Made by a program: the position numbers and the translations under genes
In this document: piece by piece, positions 1 through 8,329 of the stretch
Position numbering within the stretch: the first letter of the stretch is position 1
How the letters are laid out: every line of letters begins with the position of its first letter
Source: a virus
Lineage: Duplodnaviria > Caudoviricetes
Length of the DNA: 64,000 nt
Virus record (IMG/VR): IMGVR_UViG_3300028886_000036
Location: 32,001-96,000 of that record
Direction: 5' to 3' (one strand)
Notes under the pieces: generated by a model
Told to the model about the DNA's origin: nothing
Seen by the model: the letters and a program-made list of their open reading frames with translations, nothing else
Database searches by the model: none

Positions 1-83
1 ACAATCTGAATTACATGCTGGTTTAGCAAGACACTGATTTGTAAGTGTAACTACCATTGCTACAAATATTGATCTATGTGTAG

Positions 84-386
84 CTACCATTTAGATATAA
101 CCCCGATCTTATCAAGAAATATGTTAAAATCACATCTTAGTTCTGGATTGAAGTTTTTCAGTATAAATGGGCATTTGCTACAAGAGCCCATATCACAATA
201 TTTTTTTGCTTCTAAAACTGAACGAACATGACTGGATTTATCCATAGAATGTAGCTCACATAATTTATACTCTGTATTGTATAAAAAGCATGTGCTACAT
301 TTATCGTTTTGCAGGCAAATTGATAATAACTGCAAATATGCAAATGGTAGGACGCGTTTACTATACATTCTTAACACACTTCCCAA
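84..386 (-). CDS. Small Cys-rich hypothetical protein (CxxxxxCxxC family)
   Basis: ORF packed in - strand block; two C-x(3-5)-C-xx-C units; real start may be ATG at 368. Confidence 0.7.
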   Translation of the reverse strand: MGSVLRMYSKRVLPFAYLQLLSICLQNDKCSTCFLYNTEYKLCELHSMDKSSHVRSVLEAKKYCDMGSCSKCPFILKNFNPELRCDFNIFLDKIGVISKW

Positions 387-678
387 TCCGGTTGGTTATA
401 TCTGTGAAATAGCATTCATCCATATATCTATTTTTATGCCTAAAGACGCAGTGCTTATCACACCCCATTTCACCAAACATTGCGTGATAGGATTCAGCTA
501 TTTGAGCACTTAACAAACTATCATAATCTAGAAAAGCAAATCTACCATTAAACAAAGAGCAATTTAGATATACTTCATCTATCTCATTATAAAATTTACA
601 GTTATAACAATTATCTTGACCTAAACAAAACGTTAAACTTTGAATATATAGTAGTTCTGTTAATCCTTTTAAGATCAT
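361..678 (-). CDS. Small Cys-rich hypothetical protein
   Basis: ATGA overlap with upstream gene; CLGQDNCYNC motif. Confidence 0.7.
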   Translation of the reverse strand: MILKGLTELLYIQSLTFCLGQDNCYNCKFYNEIDEVYLNCSLFNGRFAFLDYDSLLSAQIAESYHAMFGEMGCDKHCVFRHKNRYMDECYFTDITNRIGKCVKNV

Positions 679-1145
679 TTTTTATCGGCGTTAAACAGCT
701 TGAGTCCATCAATAGCAAATTCATTGATATTCTCAAAGTCTTTAGTGCAATCAGCTCCTAAACAAGTATCTTTACAGCTAAAGCTATAATCAGCAATTTC
801 TGCAAGAATAGAAACTACTTCTTTAAATTTATCCGTAATTTCAATAACTATATCAATATCTTCAACTCTTACTCTAAACTTATCTTTAGGAACAATCAAA
901 TATGCTCTAACACTAGTAAACCTATCAATACTTTCTTTATATTCAAAATAATCTTTTTCAATATTGTTCATATCAGTATCGATAACACCTTCAAATGTAG
1001 TTAAGGCATTGAAGATACCCAGGTAATAATTATGAAGTTTTTCTAGTATGCTATTACCATTAGGATAATCCTTAATTGCATTAATAACATAAACATCACT
1101 ATCAACTTTAGGTATACTTATTTTAAGAAAGTCTACAAGTTTCAT
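675..1145 (-). CDS. Hypothetical protein
   Basis: 156-aa ORF coupled by ATGA overlaps on both sides. Confidence 0.75.
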   Translation of the reverse strand: MKLVDFLKISIPKVDSDVYVINAIKDYPNGNSILEKLHNYYLGIFNALTTFEGVIDTDMNNIEKDYFEYKESIDRFTSVRAYLIVPKDKFRVRVEDIDIVIEITDKFKEVVSILAEIADYSFSCKDTCLGADCTKDFENINEFAIDGLKLFNADKK

Positions 1146-1465
1146 TCTGTACCATCTCCTTTAATAAGAATTGCTGCAACAACCATAGCCCAGTATTTCT
1201 TTTTCATAAAGCTACTTTTCTTAATAAGTTTTGCAGTGTGCTTATCATACTTACCAGGATGTTTCATAATATCATTAGCTAGCGCAACACATCTATTGAT
1301 AAAGTTCATATCAAATACTTTTTTATAATCTTCATAGCTAATACCACAGTCATCAGTGCAAGTTTCCATATATTGATTGTAAAATACTTTCATTACAGCA
1401 TTAACATAGCTGTCATTAATGTGCTTCATTGTATTGAGTCCTTTCTTTCCAAGTTTCAAATTCAT
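1142..1465 (-). CDS. Hypothetical protein
   Basis: ORF in operon-like block; start probably at internal MKHIND. Confidence 0.7.
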   Translation of the reverse strand: MNLKLGKKGLNTMKHINDSYVNAVMKVFYNQYMETCTDDCGISYEDYKKVFDMNFINRCVALANDIMKHPGKYDKHTAKLIKKSSFMKKKYWAMVVAAILIKGDGTE

Positions 1466-2039
1466 CCCAGAAGCATACTGGCATGTGTGTCATTACATTG
1501 CAATCTTTTGGGATAGCGTCTTTCTCAATAAGGCTATATGTAAAATCCAGAGGTCTTTCTTCAGGATACATATTAAGTAGATCTTCAATTAACCCGACTT
1601 CAAGATAATATATATCACCATCAAAACATTCAACCTCATAGCAAAACCGTTTGTCCTCATATAGCATGATTTCATAAGCTTTATTCATTAGTTCTTGAAA
1701 GTTTAACTCACAAGTACAATTGTATCTATCTACTTTGATTTCTTCAAATGGATAGTTCCAATATGCGACTAGAGTATTAATAGCGTCAGCTAGCCAATAT
1801 TCTGTTACTAACCACTCAGTGTGTTTAAATGGATCATAATTATCTTTACAAAAGTATAATTGGTTATTTATAACCGACTCATAGAACTCTTTAAATGAAC
1901 TAAACTCCCCAAGTTCTGTATCACTATCCCCGCATTCTTCACAATAAAGTTCTTCCCAATTAAGAGGTTCACTAGAGGTGAACAAACCACCACCAAGATG
2001 ACTTTGATACACGTATACCTTTTCTGGCATTTTATACAC
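1416..2039 (-). CDS. Hypothetical phage protein with CxxC (YCEECGDSD)
   Basis: 207-aa ORF, AAAGGTG RBS, SHLGG...CEECGD motif. Confidence 0.75.
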   Translation of the reverse strand: MYKMPEKVYVYQSHLGGGLFTSSEPLNWEELYCEECGDSDTELGEFSSFKEFYESVINNQLYFCKDNYDPFKHTEWLVTEYWLADAINTLVAYWNYPFEEIKVDRYNCTCELNFQELMNKAYEIMLYEDKRFCYEVECFDGDIYYLEVGLIEDLLNMYPEERPLDFTYSLIEKDAIPKDCNVMTHMPVCFWDEFETWKERTQYNEAH

Positions 2040-2060
2040 ACCTTTCTTTGCAGTTTACAT

Positions 2061-2101
2061 AAAAAACTTAAGTAGCCGAGTACATCCCGACTACTTAAGT
2101 T
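2061..2101 (-). terminator. Intrinsic terminator
   Basis: AACTTAAGTAG/CTACTTAAGTT inverted repeat with T-tract on the - strand after 2108..2503. Confidence 0.65.
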
Positions 2102-2107
2102 GTATTA

Positions 2108-2503
2108 TTATTCAGTAATTTTAGCGTAAACTGATGCTACATATTTTGGCTTTCCGCCAAATTGAGGAACAATGTTTCCAGCTTCATCAAACCCAAGTTT
2201 GACTAAAGTGGTATGATTATTAGCTACAGCCTTAAGACCTTTTTCAAAGTATTCCTTAATACTATCCTGATCAAGATTGTTATCTGCGGTGGTTTCTTCA
2301 GTTACAGATAATCCATCTCCATCAAAGCTAATGTCTTTTTTAACAGTAATTTCGCTGAAGTAGTCAATGATATTACTTAAGATATCTGTAACACCACTAA
2401 CATTCTTATATACTTTAATTTCATTCTTATAAACTTGGTCTTTAGTAGATGGTAGACCATCATCCAAATATTTTAAAATTTTAAGATCTAATGTGATAGT
2501 CAT
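2108..2503 (-). CDS. Hypothetical protein (possible paralog of 52954..53406)
   Basis: AAGGAG RBS; C-terminal YVASVY resembles YVATIR of 52954..53406. Confidence 0.75.
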   Translation of the reverse strand: MTITLDLKILKYLDDGLPSTKDQVYKNEIKVYKNVSGVTDILSNIIDYFSEITVKKDISFDGDGLSVTEETTADNNLDQDSIKEYFEKGLKAVANNHTTLVKLGFDEAGNIVPQFGGKPKYVASVYAKITE

Positions 2504-2520
2504 TATGTATCGTCTCCTTA

Positions 2521-2829
2521 TTAATCAATTTTAGCCTTGGTATGTTGTAGTATAGCATTAACAAGGCATATATCGTCTATATTAGATTTAAATAAATTAG
2601 CTCGAAGTAAGCAATTTTCACATTTTATACATTCTCCGTCTTTACTACATTTAGAACAAGTAAGATTAAGAATATACGGGTCGGAATAACTGGTTTTATC
2701 AAATAGTTCTTCTAGATTACACGCTACGTGAATAGACCCTAAAAACTTACTGTAATCACCAAATGTAATAGCTTTATTAGTAATTCCAACATATAGGAAT
2801 GCGTATATTGCTTTATATGGTTTTAACAT
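2521..2829 (-). CDS. Cys-rich hypothetical protein, tandem paralog of 2823..3122
   Basis: Shared YVG..NK, CxKC, ANL, C.VNAIL.HT motifs. Confidence 0.75.
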   Translation of the reverse strand: MLKPYKAIYAFLYVGITNKAITFGDYSKFLGSIHVACNLEELFDKTSYSDPYILNLTCSKCSKDGECIKCENCLLRANLFKSNIDDICLVNAILQHTKAKID

Positions 2830-3122
2830 TTTTTCTTTTTCCCGGTATGGAACAATATTGCATTAACTATACAACAATTTTTAAGACATTCTACTTTGTA
2901 TAAGTTTGCTTGCATGATGCACTTATGGCATCCTCCATATTTAAGACATGCTTTAGATAATAGTTTTAAGTAGCGATTACTATAATCAACAAAAGTCCAC
3001 CACAGATTAACTTTTGTACTGTTAGTTAAAGCATCCATAGATCTTTTATCGATTAGTATTTTGTTGTGCATCCCAACATATATCATTAGAAAGATTGGTT
3101 TTGGTTTCACAACAACCACCAC
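2823..3122 (-). CDS. Cys-rich hypothetical protein, tandem paralog of 2521..2829
   Basis: Same shared motifs. Confidence 0.7.
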   Translation of the reverse strand: MVVVVKPKPIFLMIYVGMHNKILIDKRSMDALTNSTKVNLWWTFVDYSNRYLKLLSKACLKYGGCHKCIMQANLYKVECLKNCCIVNAILFHTGKKKKC

Positions 3123-3209
3123 AGATTAAACATTAATATAGCTAGCGATATCCACTTACTTATTGCCATAAATACTATGCATCCTACTATACAAAGAAAG
3201 CATATTAAA

Positions 3210-3593
3210 TCATCCTCCCATTGAGGCATCCTTTGGCAACTCCAATTCAAAGCAACAGGTATCTCTATTCCATCTGGCTATGTAACCAGTATTAAGTATT
3301 TCAATAAGATACTCTAATATTACTACATCGCCATAACCATCTCCATTGACAGTTCTAATGGTTATCGGCCATAGATCAGAATCTTTAAACACAAATTTAG
3401 TTGTATCATATAATCCTTTTGGTACATAAATTTTATCTTTAGGTCCTTTAAATATACCTAGTCGATCAATCAATCTATAGTACCACAAAATGTGCCCAGA
3501 CATTATACTATATAACAAAGCTATAAATGCTAGAGCAAATGATCCAACTATTAAACTAATTATAATAACTATTGTCGTCATATTTACCACCAC
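3210..3593 (-). CDS. Hypothetical membrane protein
   Basis: N-terminal hydrophobic helix. Confidence 0.65.
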   Translation of the reverse strand: MVVNMTTIVIIISLIVGSFALAFIALLYSIMSGHILWYYRLIDRLGIFKGPKDKIYVPKGLYDTTKFVFKDSDLWPITIRTVNGDGYGDVVILEYLIEILNTGYIARWNRDTCCFELELPKDASMGG

Positions 3594-4459
3594 ATACTCC
3601 TAATGATGATGCCATAGATTTGGAATGCATAAGACAGACAAGCCCAGCTCCAAGCATCTTCAAGTTGACTCCAGAACATATGGTTAGGATATTCTTTATC
3701 TGCCTTTTCAAACATTGCAGTAAAACCACAATCTGGTTTGCTGTAGTCTTCAAGACTATTATCATATACATCAATATAATTATCCTTAAAGAGATAATTA
3801 CCATTTTCACTCTTTAGGAATCTAGCAAGATATTGAAGAATTAGATCAATGCAATCTTCTAAATACATATCCTTATATTCAACTTCATAGCACCAATCTT
3901 TATTGTAGAGTTGTGAATTTTTCCAGTGCTCATCAAAAGCCTTTTTACAATCATCAATAAGTTTAAGTTTTAAAACTGGAATAGTATACTGATGAGGATG
4001 TTCTCCTTTAGCAATTTCTTCTTCAGTATAGTCATCAATTCCAATCTTAACATACCCTTTAGCCAACTGTTTATATCTTTTTACTCTTTCATAAAGATAT
4101 ACTGCACTTGTATAATCTAGAGAAAAGGTCTCTCCATCATAAAAACCATTTCTCCATCTATTTCTATAAACATTATACCAACCTACAATCCAATCTCTAA
4201 ATTTGTTCAGAAGATATTTAGGAATAGTAATAAAGTTAAATTTCTGTTGTTCGTTGATTACATTCTCTTTAAATTCTTCTAAACTAACTTTAAAGAACAG
4301 ATCCAATACATCTTCACACTGTTTTATTCTATTCACGCTAAAGTACCATGTAAAAACATGCCACACAGCTTTCCAATCTTTTTGAGATTGAGGTATACAA
4401 GGACCATATACTTTACCAATTTTAAGATCGTCTAGCAAATGGTGATGATTAAGCCACAT
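3584..4459 (-). CDS. Hypothetical protein
   Basis: 291-aa ORF with GGAG RBS. Confidence 0.8.
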   Translation of the reverse strand: MWLNHHHLLDDLKIGKVYGPCIPQSQKDWKAVWHVFTWYFSVNRIKQCEDVLDLFFKVSLEEFKENVINEQQKFNFITIPKYLLNKFRDWIVGWYNVYRNRWRNGFYDGETFSLDYTSAVYLYERVKRYKQLAKGYVKIGIDDYTEEEIAKGEHPHQYTIPVLKLKLIDDCKKAFDEHWKNSQLYNKDWCYEVEYKDMYLEDCIDLILQYLARFLKSENGNYLFKDNYIDVYDNSLEDYSKPDCGFTAMFEKADKEYPNHMFWSQLEDAWSWACLSYAFQIYGIIIRSMWW

Positions 4460-4461
4460 AG

Positions 4462-4650
4462 CTATTCACTCTCCTTTTTCAAATATGTTACATAGATATC
4501 GTCACTAGATACAACGATATATTCGTTATCACTATCCTGAAGTTTAAACTGTAGCTCTCTATTATTATTCTTATAGCAAATATCGAGCATTTCCTTAATG
4601 CTTTTAACTTCATCCCAATGTTCCTCATCATAACTAATCCACATTCTCAT
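4462..4650 (-). CDS. Hypothetical protein
   Basis: Packed ORF, GGAGG RBS. Confidence 0.7.
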   Translation of the reverse strand: MRMWISYDEEHWDEVKSIKEMLDICYKNNNRELQFKLQDSDNEYIVVSSDDIYVTYLKKESE

Positions 4651-4845
4651 TTAGTATTCCTCCACTCTTTTTCCAAACTCGTTTTCAATATATTTGGGGT
4701 TGAAATCTTCAATTTCATCCAAATCATTGAAATCCCTTTCAAGCATTTTACTATCAGCTTTTCTTACAGCTTCAATGGTATCTGAAGCATCTACTTCAAT
4801 GTTGCATTCTCCAATTACTCGATAAGTTACCACATATTTACACAC
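4651..4845 (-). CDS. Hypothetical protein
   Basis: Packed ORF, AAGGAGG RBS; IEVDASDTIEAV pattern common in small phage proteins. Confidence 0.7.
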   Translation of the reverse strand: MCKYVVTYRVIGECNIEVDASDTIEAVRKADSKMLERDFNDLDEIEDFNPKYIENEFGKRVEEY

Positions 4846-5204
4846 TTTAACTCCTCCTTGGTGTATACCTCTTCAAGATATTCATTAGCAACCCTATCCC
4901 AATATTCATCATCAGTTTCAATAGCTAGCTTAAGGCTTTCACTACTGAATTTGATTGGAATATAGTTTGTGTTACTATCCTGTAATACAACTACATATTC
5001 AGCATTATCCCCAAACTCTTTTTGAATATCTTTAATAGCTTTATCTAATTCATTAAGATTATTTACTAAGATGTGCTTCATTGGAATTCTAGTTTCAGGT
5101 TCAATATACCAAACATACACTACCCAACTTTTATACTGATCTAGATTACCATGAATACCACTACAACTAACTCCATTGAAAATATGATTACTCATAAGCC
5201 ACAC
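4827..5204 (-). CDS. Hypothetical protein
   Basis: Packed ORF. Confidence 0.7.
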   Translation of the reverse strand: MWLMSNHIFNGVSCSGIHGNLDQYKSWVVYVWYIEPETRIPMKHILVNNLNELDKAIKDIQKEFGDNAEYVVVLQDSNTNYIPIKFSSESLKLAIETDDEYWDRVANEYLEEVYTKEELKCVNMW

Positions 5205-5539
5205 CTCTCCATTATTCTTTTGAAATCTGTATATCTAAATTCATAATCGCCTACAAATATATCATCTAAAATAGATCTCATATTATACAACCTACTAATA
5301 CAATAAACACATAAATACTGATATACATTGATAGACCCAAAAGGTATTTCAACCTTAAGACTGTATTTACAATCTTTACAAAATGAAGATCCTCCCTTAT
5401 GTAAATAACATTCACCACTAAATAGAAATCCCATAATACCTTTGTGTTTACTAAATGCTAGATTGTTAAATGCATTATACATTGATAAATAACTTAATCG
5501 TTTATACTTGCTTAATTTATACATATAAACACCTCTCAA
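5192..5539 (-). CDS. Cys-rich hypothetical protein, tandem paralog of 5517..5849
   Basis: MYxLxKYKxLSY...CKDCK.S.KV.IP.GS...LC.YCI.RL shared with neighbour. Confidence 0.8.
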   Translation of the reverse strand: MRGVYMYKLSKYKRLSYLSMYNAFNNLAFSKHKGIMGFLFSGECYLHKGGSSFCKDCKYSLKVEIPFGSINVYQYLCVYCISRLYNMRSILDDIFVGDYEFRYTDFKRIMERCGL

Positions 5540-5849
5540 CTATTCTCCTAAATGAATCAGATCTAGATACTGTGCTGTTTAAGAACACGTCGTCTATAAT
5601 AGATCTTACACTAAAAAGTCTATTAATACAATAGATACATAATGGCTTATATGCGAAACAAGATCCTATTGGTATTTTAACTTTGATACTATGTTTACAA
5701 TCTTTACAGACAGATGTTCCTTCATCACCAGCTCTACAATAGTTGTACATATAGTTAAGTATACCACTATTCCTACTTAATGCCATATTGTTAAATGAGC
5801 TATACATTACTATATAACTTAACTTTTTATATTTGCCTAAATCATACAT
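5517..5849 (-). CDS. Cys-rich hypothetical protein, tandem paralog of 5192..5539
   Basis: As neighbour; first gene after the - strand promoter-like motif. Confidence 0.8.
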   Translation of the reverse strand: MYDLGKYKKLSYIVMYSSFNNMALSRNSGILNYMYNYCRAGDEGTSVCKDCKHSIKVKIPIGSCFAYKPLCIYCINRLFSVRSIIDDVFLNSTVSRSDSFRRIVERCLYV

Positions 5850-5886
5850 ATAAACACCCCTTTAACTAATATAAAGATCTGGAACA

Positions 5887-5908
5887 CTAATAGTATATAT
5901 TTATAAAA
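5887..5908 (-). promoter_or_regulatory. Putative phage early promoter motif
   Basis: ttttataaatatatactattag; same 22-nt motif at 7417, 26156, 54303, each heading - strand genes. Confidence 0.55.
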
Positions 5909-5914
5909 TATCAC

Positions 5915-5943
5915 TTGACATTTTCTATAAAGTAGTATATACT
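5915..5943 (+). promoter_or_regulatory. Sigma70/SigA-type promoter
   Basis: TTGACA-17 nt-TATACT upstream of 5998..6171. Confidence 0.75.
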
Positions 5944-5997
5944 ATTAATAGTCAGAAGTCAAGTAGACTAATAAAAAAAGAAAGGAAGTTTTATTAT

Positions 5998-6171
5998 ATG
6001 GATCAGAAATGTGAAAGTTGTAAGTTCTATGATGGAAAGAGTTGTAGGAGATATCCACCTAGATATAGGATTGCTGGTCAGTTTGGTGACTATGAGAATC
6101 CTATTGTAGAAGCTACTAGTTGGTGTGGAGAGTATCAAAAGAAAGATGGTACTACTTTGTTAAGTGAATAA
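5998..6171 (+). CDS. 57-aa CxxC...CRRYPP...WCGE protein (HiPIP-like small phage family); not in ORF track
   Basis: MDQKCESCKFYDGKSCRRYPP...SWCGEY; AAAGGA RBS, own promoter and terminator. Confidence 0.75.
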   Translation: MDQKCESCKFYDGKSCRRYPPRYRIAGQFGDYENPIVEATSWCGEYQKKDGTTLLSE

Positions 6172-6177
6172 GATTAA

Positions 6178-6217
6178 ACAAAAAGAAGAGATCATAACTA
6201 CTGGTCTCTTCTTTTTT
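6178..6217. terminator. Bidirectional intrinsic terminator
   Basis: AAAAGAAGAGATCA...TGGTCTCTTCTTTTTT between convergent genes. Confidence 0.75.
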
Positions 6218-6223
6218 ATTACC

Positions 6224-6390
6224 TGCTTTTTAAATGTCTGCTAGAGAAGCATAACTCTAGGAGGCCTGCATTTCAGCAAGTCTCATAATAACCCCTGCTG
6301 CATTGGCCAATGCTAGCGGGAGGTTTCAAGGTATTGCTTCTTTACCAGGGAAGCATAGACCTGGAGGCCCTACTTGGACAGTAGAGCCTC
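6224..6390 (-). ncRNA. Candidate structured RNA: two copies of hairpin plus H-type pseudoknot
   Basis: Copies 6335-6390 and 6224-6284 with compensatory stem changes; loop UAUGCUU can pair with downstream AAGCA. Confidence 0.45.
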
Positions 6391-7299
6391 AACGTGTTCG
6401 ATGGTGCGAGTAAGGTCGAACACGTTGCATATCATTCCACGAGGACTGCCAGCAATTCCTGCATGCCCACCAGCTCCGGCACCAAAAATCTCGCGCATAA
6501 TTTCGGCAGCGTTATGTTTCTTGCCACCATCTTCAAATGCAAGCGTCACCGAGCTTTTCTTGGTGCTGTAGCTAATGGTACAGGGACGTACCGTAGTATC
6601 AGACCCACAATAGGAAGATGCAGTAAAGTACGGGCCGCAAAAGCCTCTGATGTTTTTACTTTCATATACCAGAGAACCTTCGGTTTGCTCCTTCTTTTTA
6701 GCTTCCCACACTTCCCCTGCAGAAATGACTTCAGTATCCATGTGAGCGATCTTGTCAAGCAGAACGAAATATTCTGCCACAAGAGCCGTCACATCTGTGA
6801 TAGAATCCCTGGAGAACATCGGCGGTCTGTGGTACTCATTGTACGCCCAGAAAGCGCGGAGCTGTTTCTGGGCTTTCTCAGGGACTTCCAGAACGTGGTG
6901 AGGGCCATTACAGTCGATATAGGCCGCTGCATTCCAGAATTCCTGTTCCTCGGGATTGAAATACCCCAGAAGAAGTCCGATGCCTCCTAATGTATCCAAA
7001 TCAAGATGACTTACAATGATAGTTTTAGGCAGCATAGGAGATACATTCTCTTCACAAATGCTGTTCCAAACGCACGGAGCCGGATTGCTACTCCTGCTAT
7101 CGTGATGCGCTAGAGTAGCCCATTTTTCAAGTCTAGGACTTCCGGTAATAACGTGCTCTCCATATTCGGCTTCGACAGTAGCATACGGAGCATTATCCAC
7201 GTTAGCTACAGTTTTAGCAAGATCATACGTAGGGCAAAGAAGCACCTTAGCACCCTTCATGATCTCGGCGTTAATGTTGCTGTTGATGTTGTTGTCCAT
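6370..7299 (-). CDS. DHH/DHHA1-like phosphoesterase-fold protein
   Basis: LAHH, SHLDLD and GGHAGIAG motifs; ATG at 7299 follows GAAAGG RBS; visibly more GC-rich than flanks. Confidence 0.55.
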   Translation of the reverse strand: MDNNINSNINAEIMKGAKVLLCPTYDLAKTVANVDNAPYATVEAEYGEHVITGSPRLEKWATLAHHDSRSSNPAPCVWNSICEENVSPMLPKTIIVSHLDLDTLGGIGLLLGYFNPEEQEFWNAAAYIDCNGPHHVLEVPEKAQKQLRAFWAYNEYHRPPMFSRDSITDVTALVAEYFVLLDKIAHMDTEVISAGEVWEAKKKEQTEGSLVYESKNIRGFCGPYFTASSYCGSDTTVRPCTISYSTKKSSVTLAFEDGGKKHNAAEIMREIFGAGAGGHAGIAGSPRGMICNVFDLTRTIEHVEALLSK

Positions 7300-7416
7300 A
7301 ATTAGGACCTTTCTGAGTTTTATACTCTTCACTGAGTCCCTCAAGTTCTAGCCTATCTACCCAGGTAGAATCAGCCAGATACCGTGTTGAGGAGTTTGTA
7401 CTGATCGTTCAGTACA

Positions 7417-7438
7417 CTTAATTAATATATATGTAAAA
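7417..7438 (-). promoter_or_regulatory. Putative phage early promoter motif
   Basis: ttttacatatatattaattaag. Confidence 0.55.
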
Positions 7439-7478
7439 TATACTGCTAAAAATAAAGGCTAGGTTTCTCTAGCCTTTC

Positions 7479-7799
7479 TTAATATAAATTTTCTGGGATT
7501 AATGAATCGTCCCAAGTATCCCCCACTCGTTTCATTTGGTACTTACATTCAGAAACTATTTTATCTCTGAAGTCTTTCATATATTTCTTGGGAGGACATC
7601 CAGGAATGTCAAGAGTCTCGCAAAACGCCTTCCCGCACACTATGCTTATTAAAGATTTCTTAAGATGATGGAATTCGATCTTAATGCCATCTTTTTCGGA
7701 AACGATTACTGCGTAATACATGTGTTTTCGTTTACCAGTGCTATAAAAATAGTTTATTCTGGTACGCCAATACTTCAAATAACTGTCCCGTTCTATCAT
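7479..7799 (-). CDS. Hypothetical protein
   Basis: AAGGAGG RBS, terminator-like hairpin at 7448-7478. Confidence 0.75.
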   Translation of the reverse strand: MIERDSYLKYWRTRINYFYSTGKRKHMYYAVIVSEKDGIKIEFHHLKKSLISIVCGKAFCETLDIPGCPPKKYMKDFRDKIVSECKYQMKRVGDTWDDSLIPENLY

Positions 7800-7857
7800 G
7801 TTAAAACCTCCTTAAGGTTTATAATATACTTTCATTATATACTTACAATTTTTAATC

Positions 7858-7866
7858 TGAACAAAT
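7858..7866 (+). promoter_or_regulatory. Putative phage late promoter motif TGAACAAAT
   Basis: Recurs at 25630, 35943, 38324, 49576, 54250, 57381, mostly ahead of + strand blocks. Confidence 0.5.
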
Positions 7867-7947
7867 ATAGAGTATAATTTCTTTTTTATTTAGTACACGG
7901 GCTAGATAGAAAAGATAAATTTTATAAACTATAGAGGAGGTGGTGGA

Positions 7948-8325
7948 TTGGCAACTAAACCTATTGAGCCTGCATTAGTTAATTTAGTAAGGCAATATTT
8001 GTTTCCAAATATCACAGATGATCAATCTATAGCACATGTTTTAATTAGCTTTGATGGTAAGACTCATACTTGGAGTCAATTAAAGGACTTATTGTCTAAG
8101 GTAGCAATGACTAATGACTACAATGATTTAGACAATTTACCATCTATAGCTAATATAGTTAATGATGCAATACAAGCACACAATTCATCTCTTGATGCTC
8201 ATTCAAATCTGTTTCAGGTAGTTTCATCAGAAGACACCGTAAGTGGAATGTCTGATGGTGGAATTTATTTTGAGATTGAGGCAGATGAGGAAGAAGAAGC
8301 AGAAGAAAATAATGGAGGTAGTTAA
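7948..8325 (+). CDS. Small fibre-associated structural protein
   Basis: GGAGG RBS; LSKVAMTNDYNDLDNLP repeat shared with downstream fibres. Confidence 0.7.
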   Translation: MATKPIEPALVNLVRQYLFPNITDDQSIAHVLISFDGKTHTWSQLKDLLSKVAMTNDYNDLDNLPSIANIVNDAIQAHNSSLDAHSNLFQVVSSEDTVSGMSDGGIYFEIEADEEEEAEENNGGS

Positions 8326-8329
8326 ATAG

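Noticed and set aside
6280-6372. Pseudoknot-stimulated readthrough of the DHH-like gene's UAG
   Set aside because: The extension meets another TAG after 18 codons and has no recognisable content; the second motif copy has no stop context.
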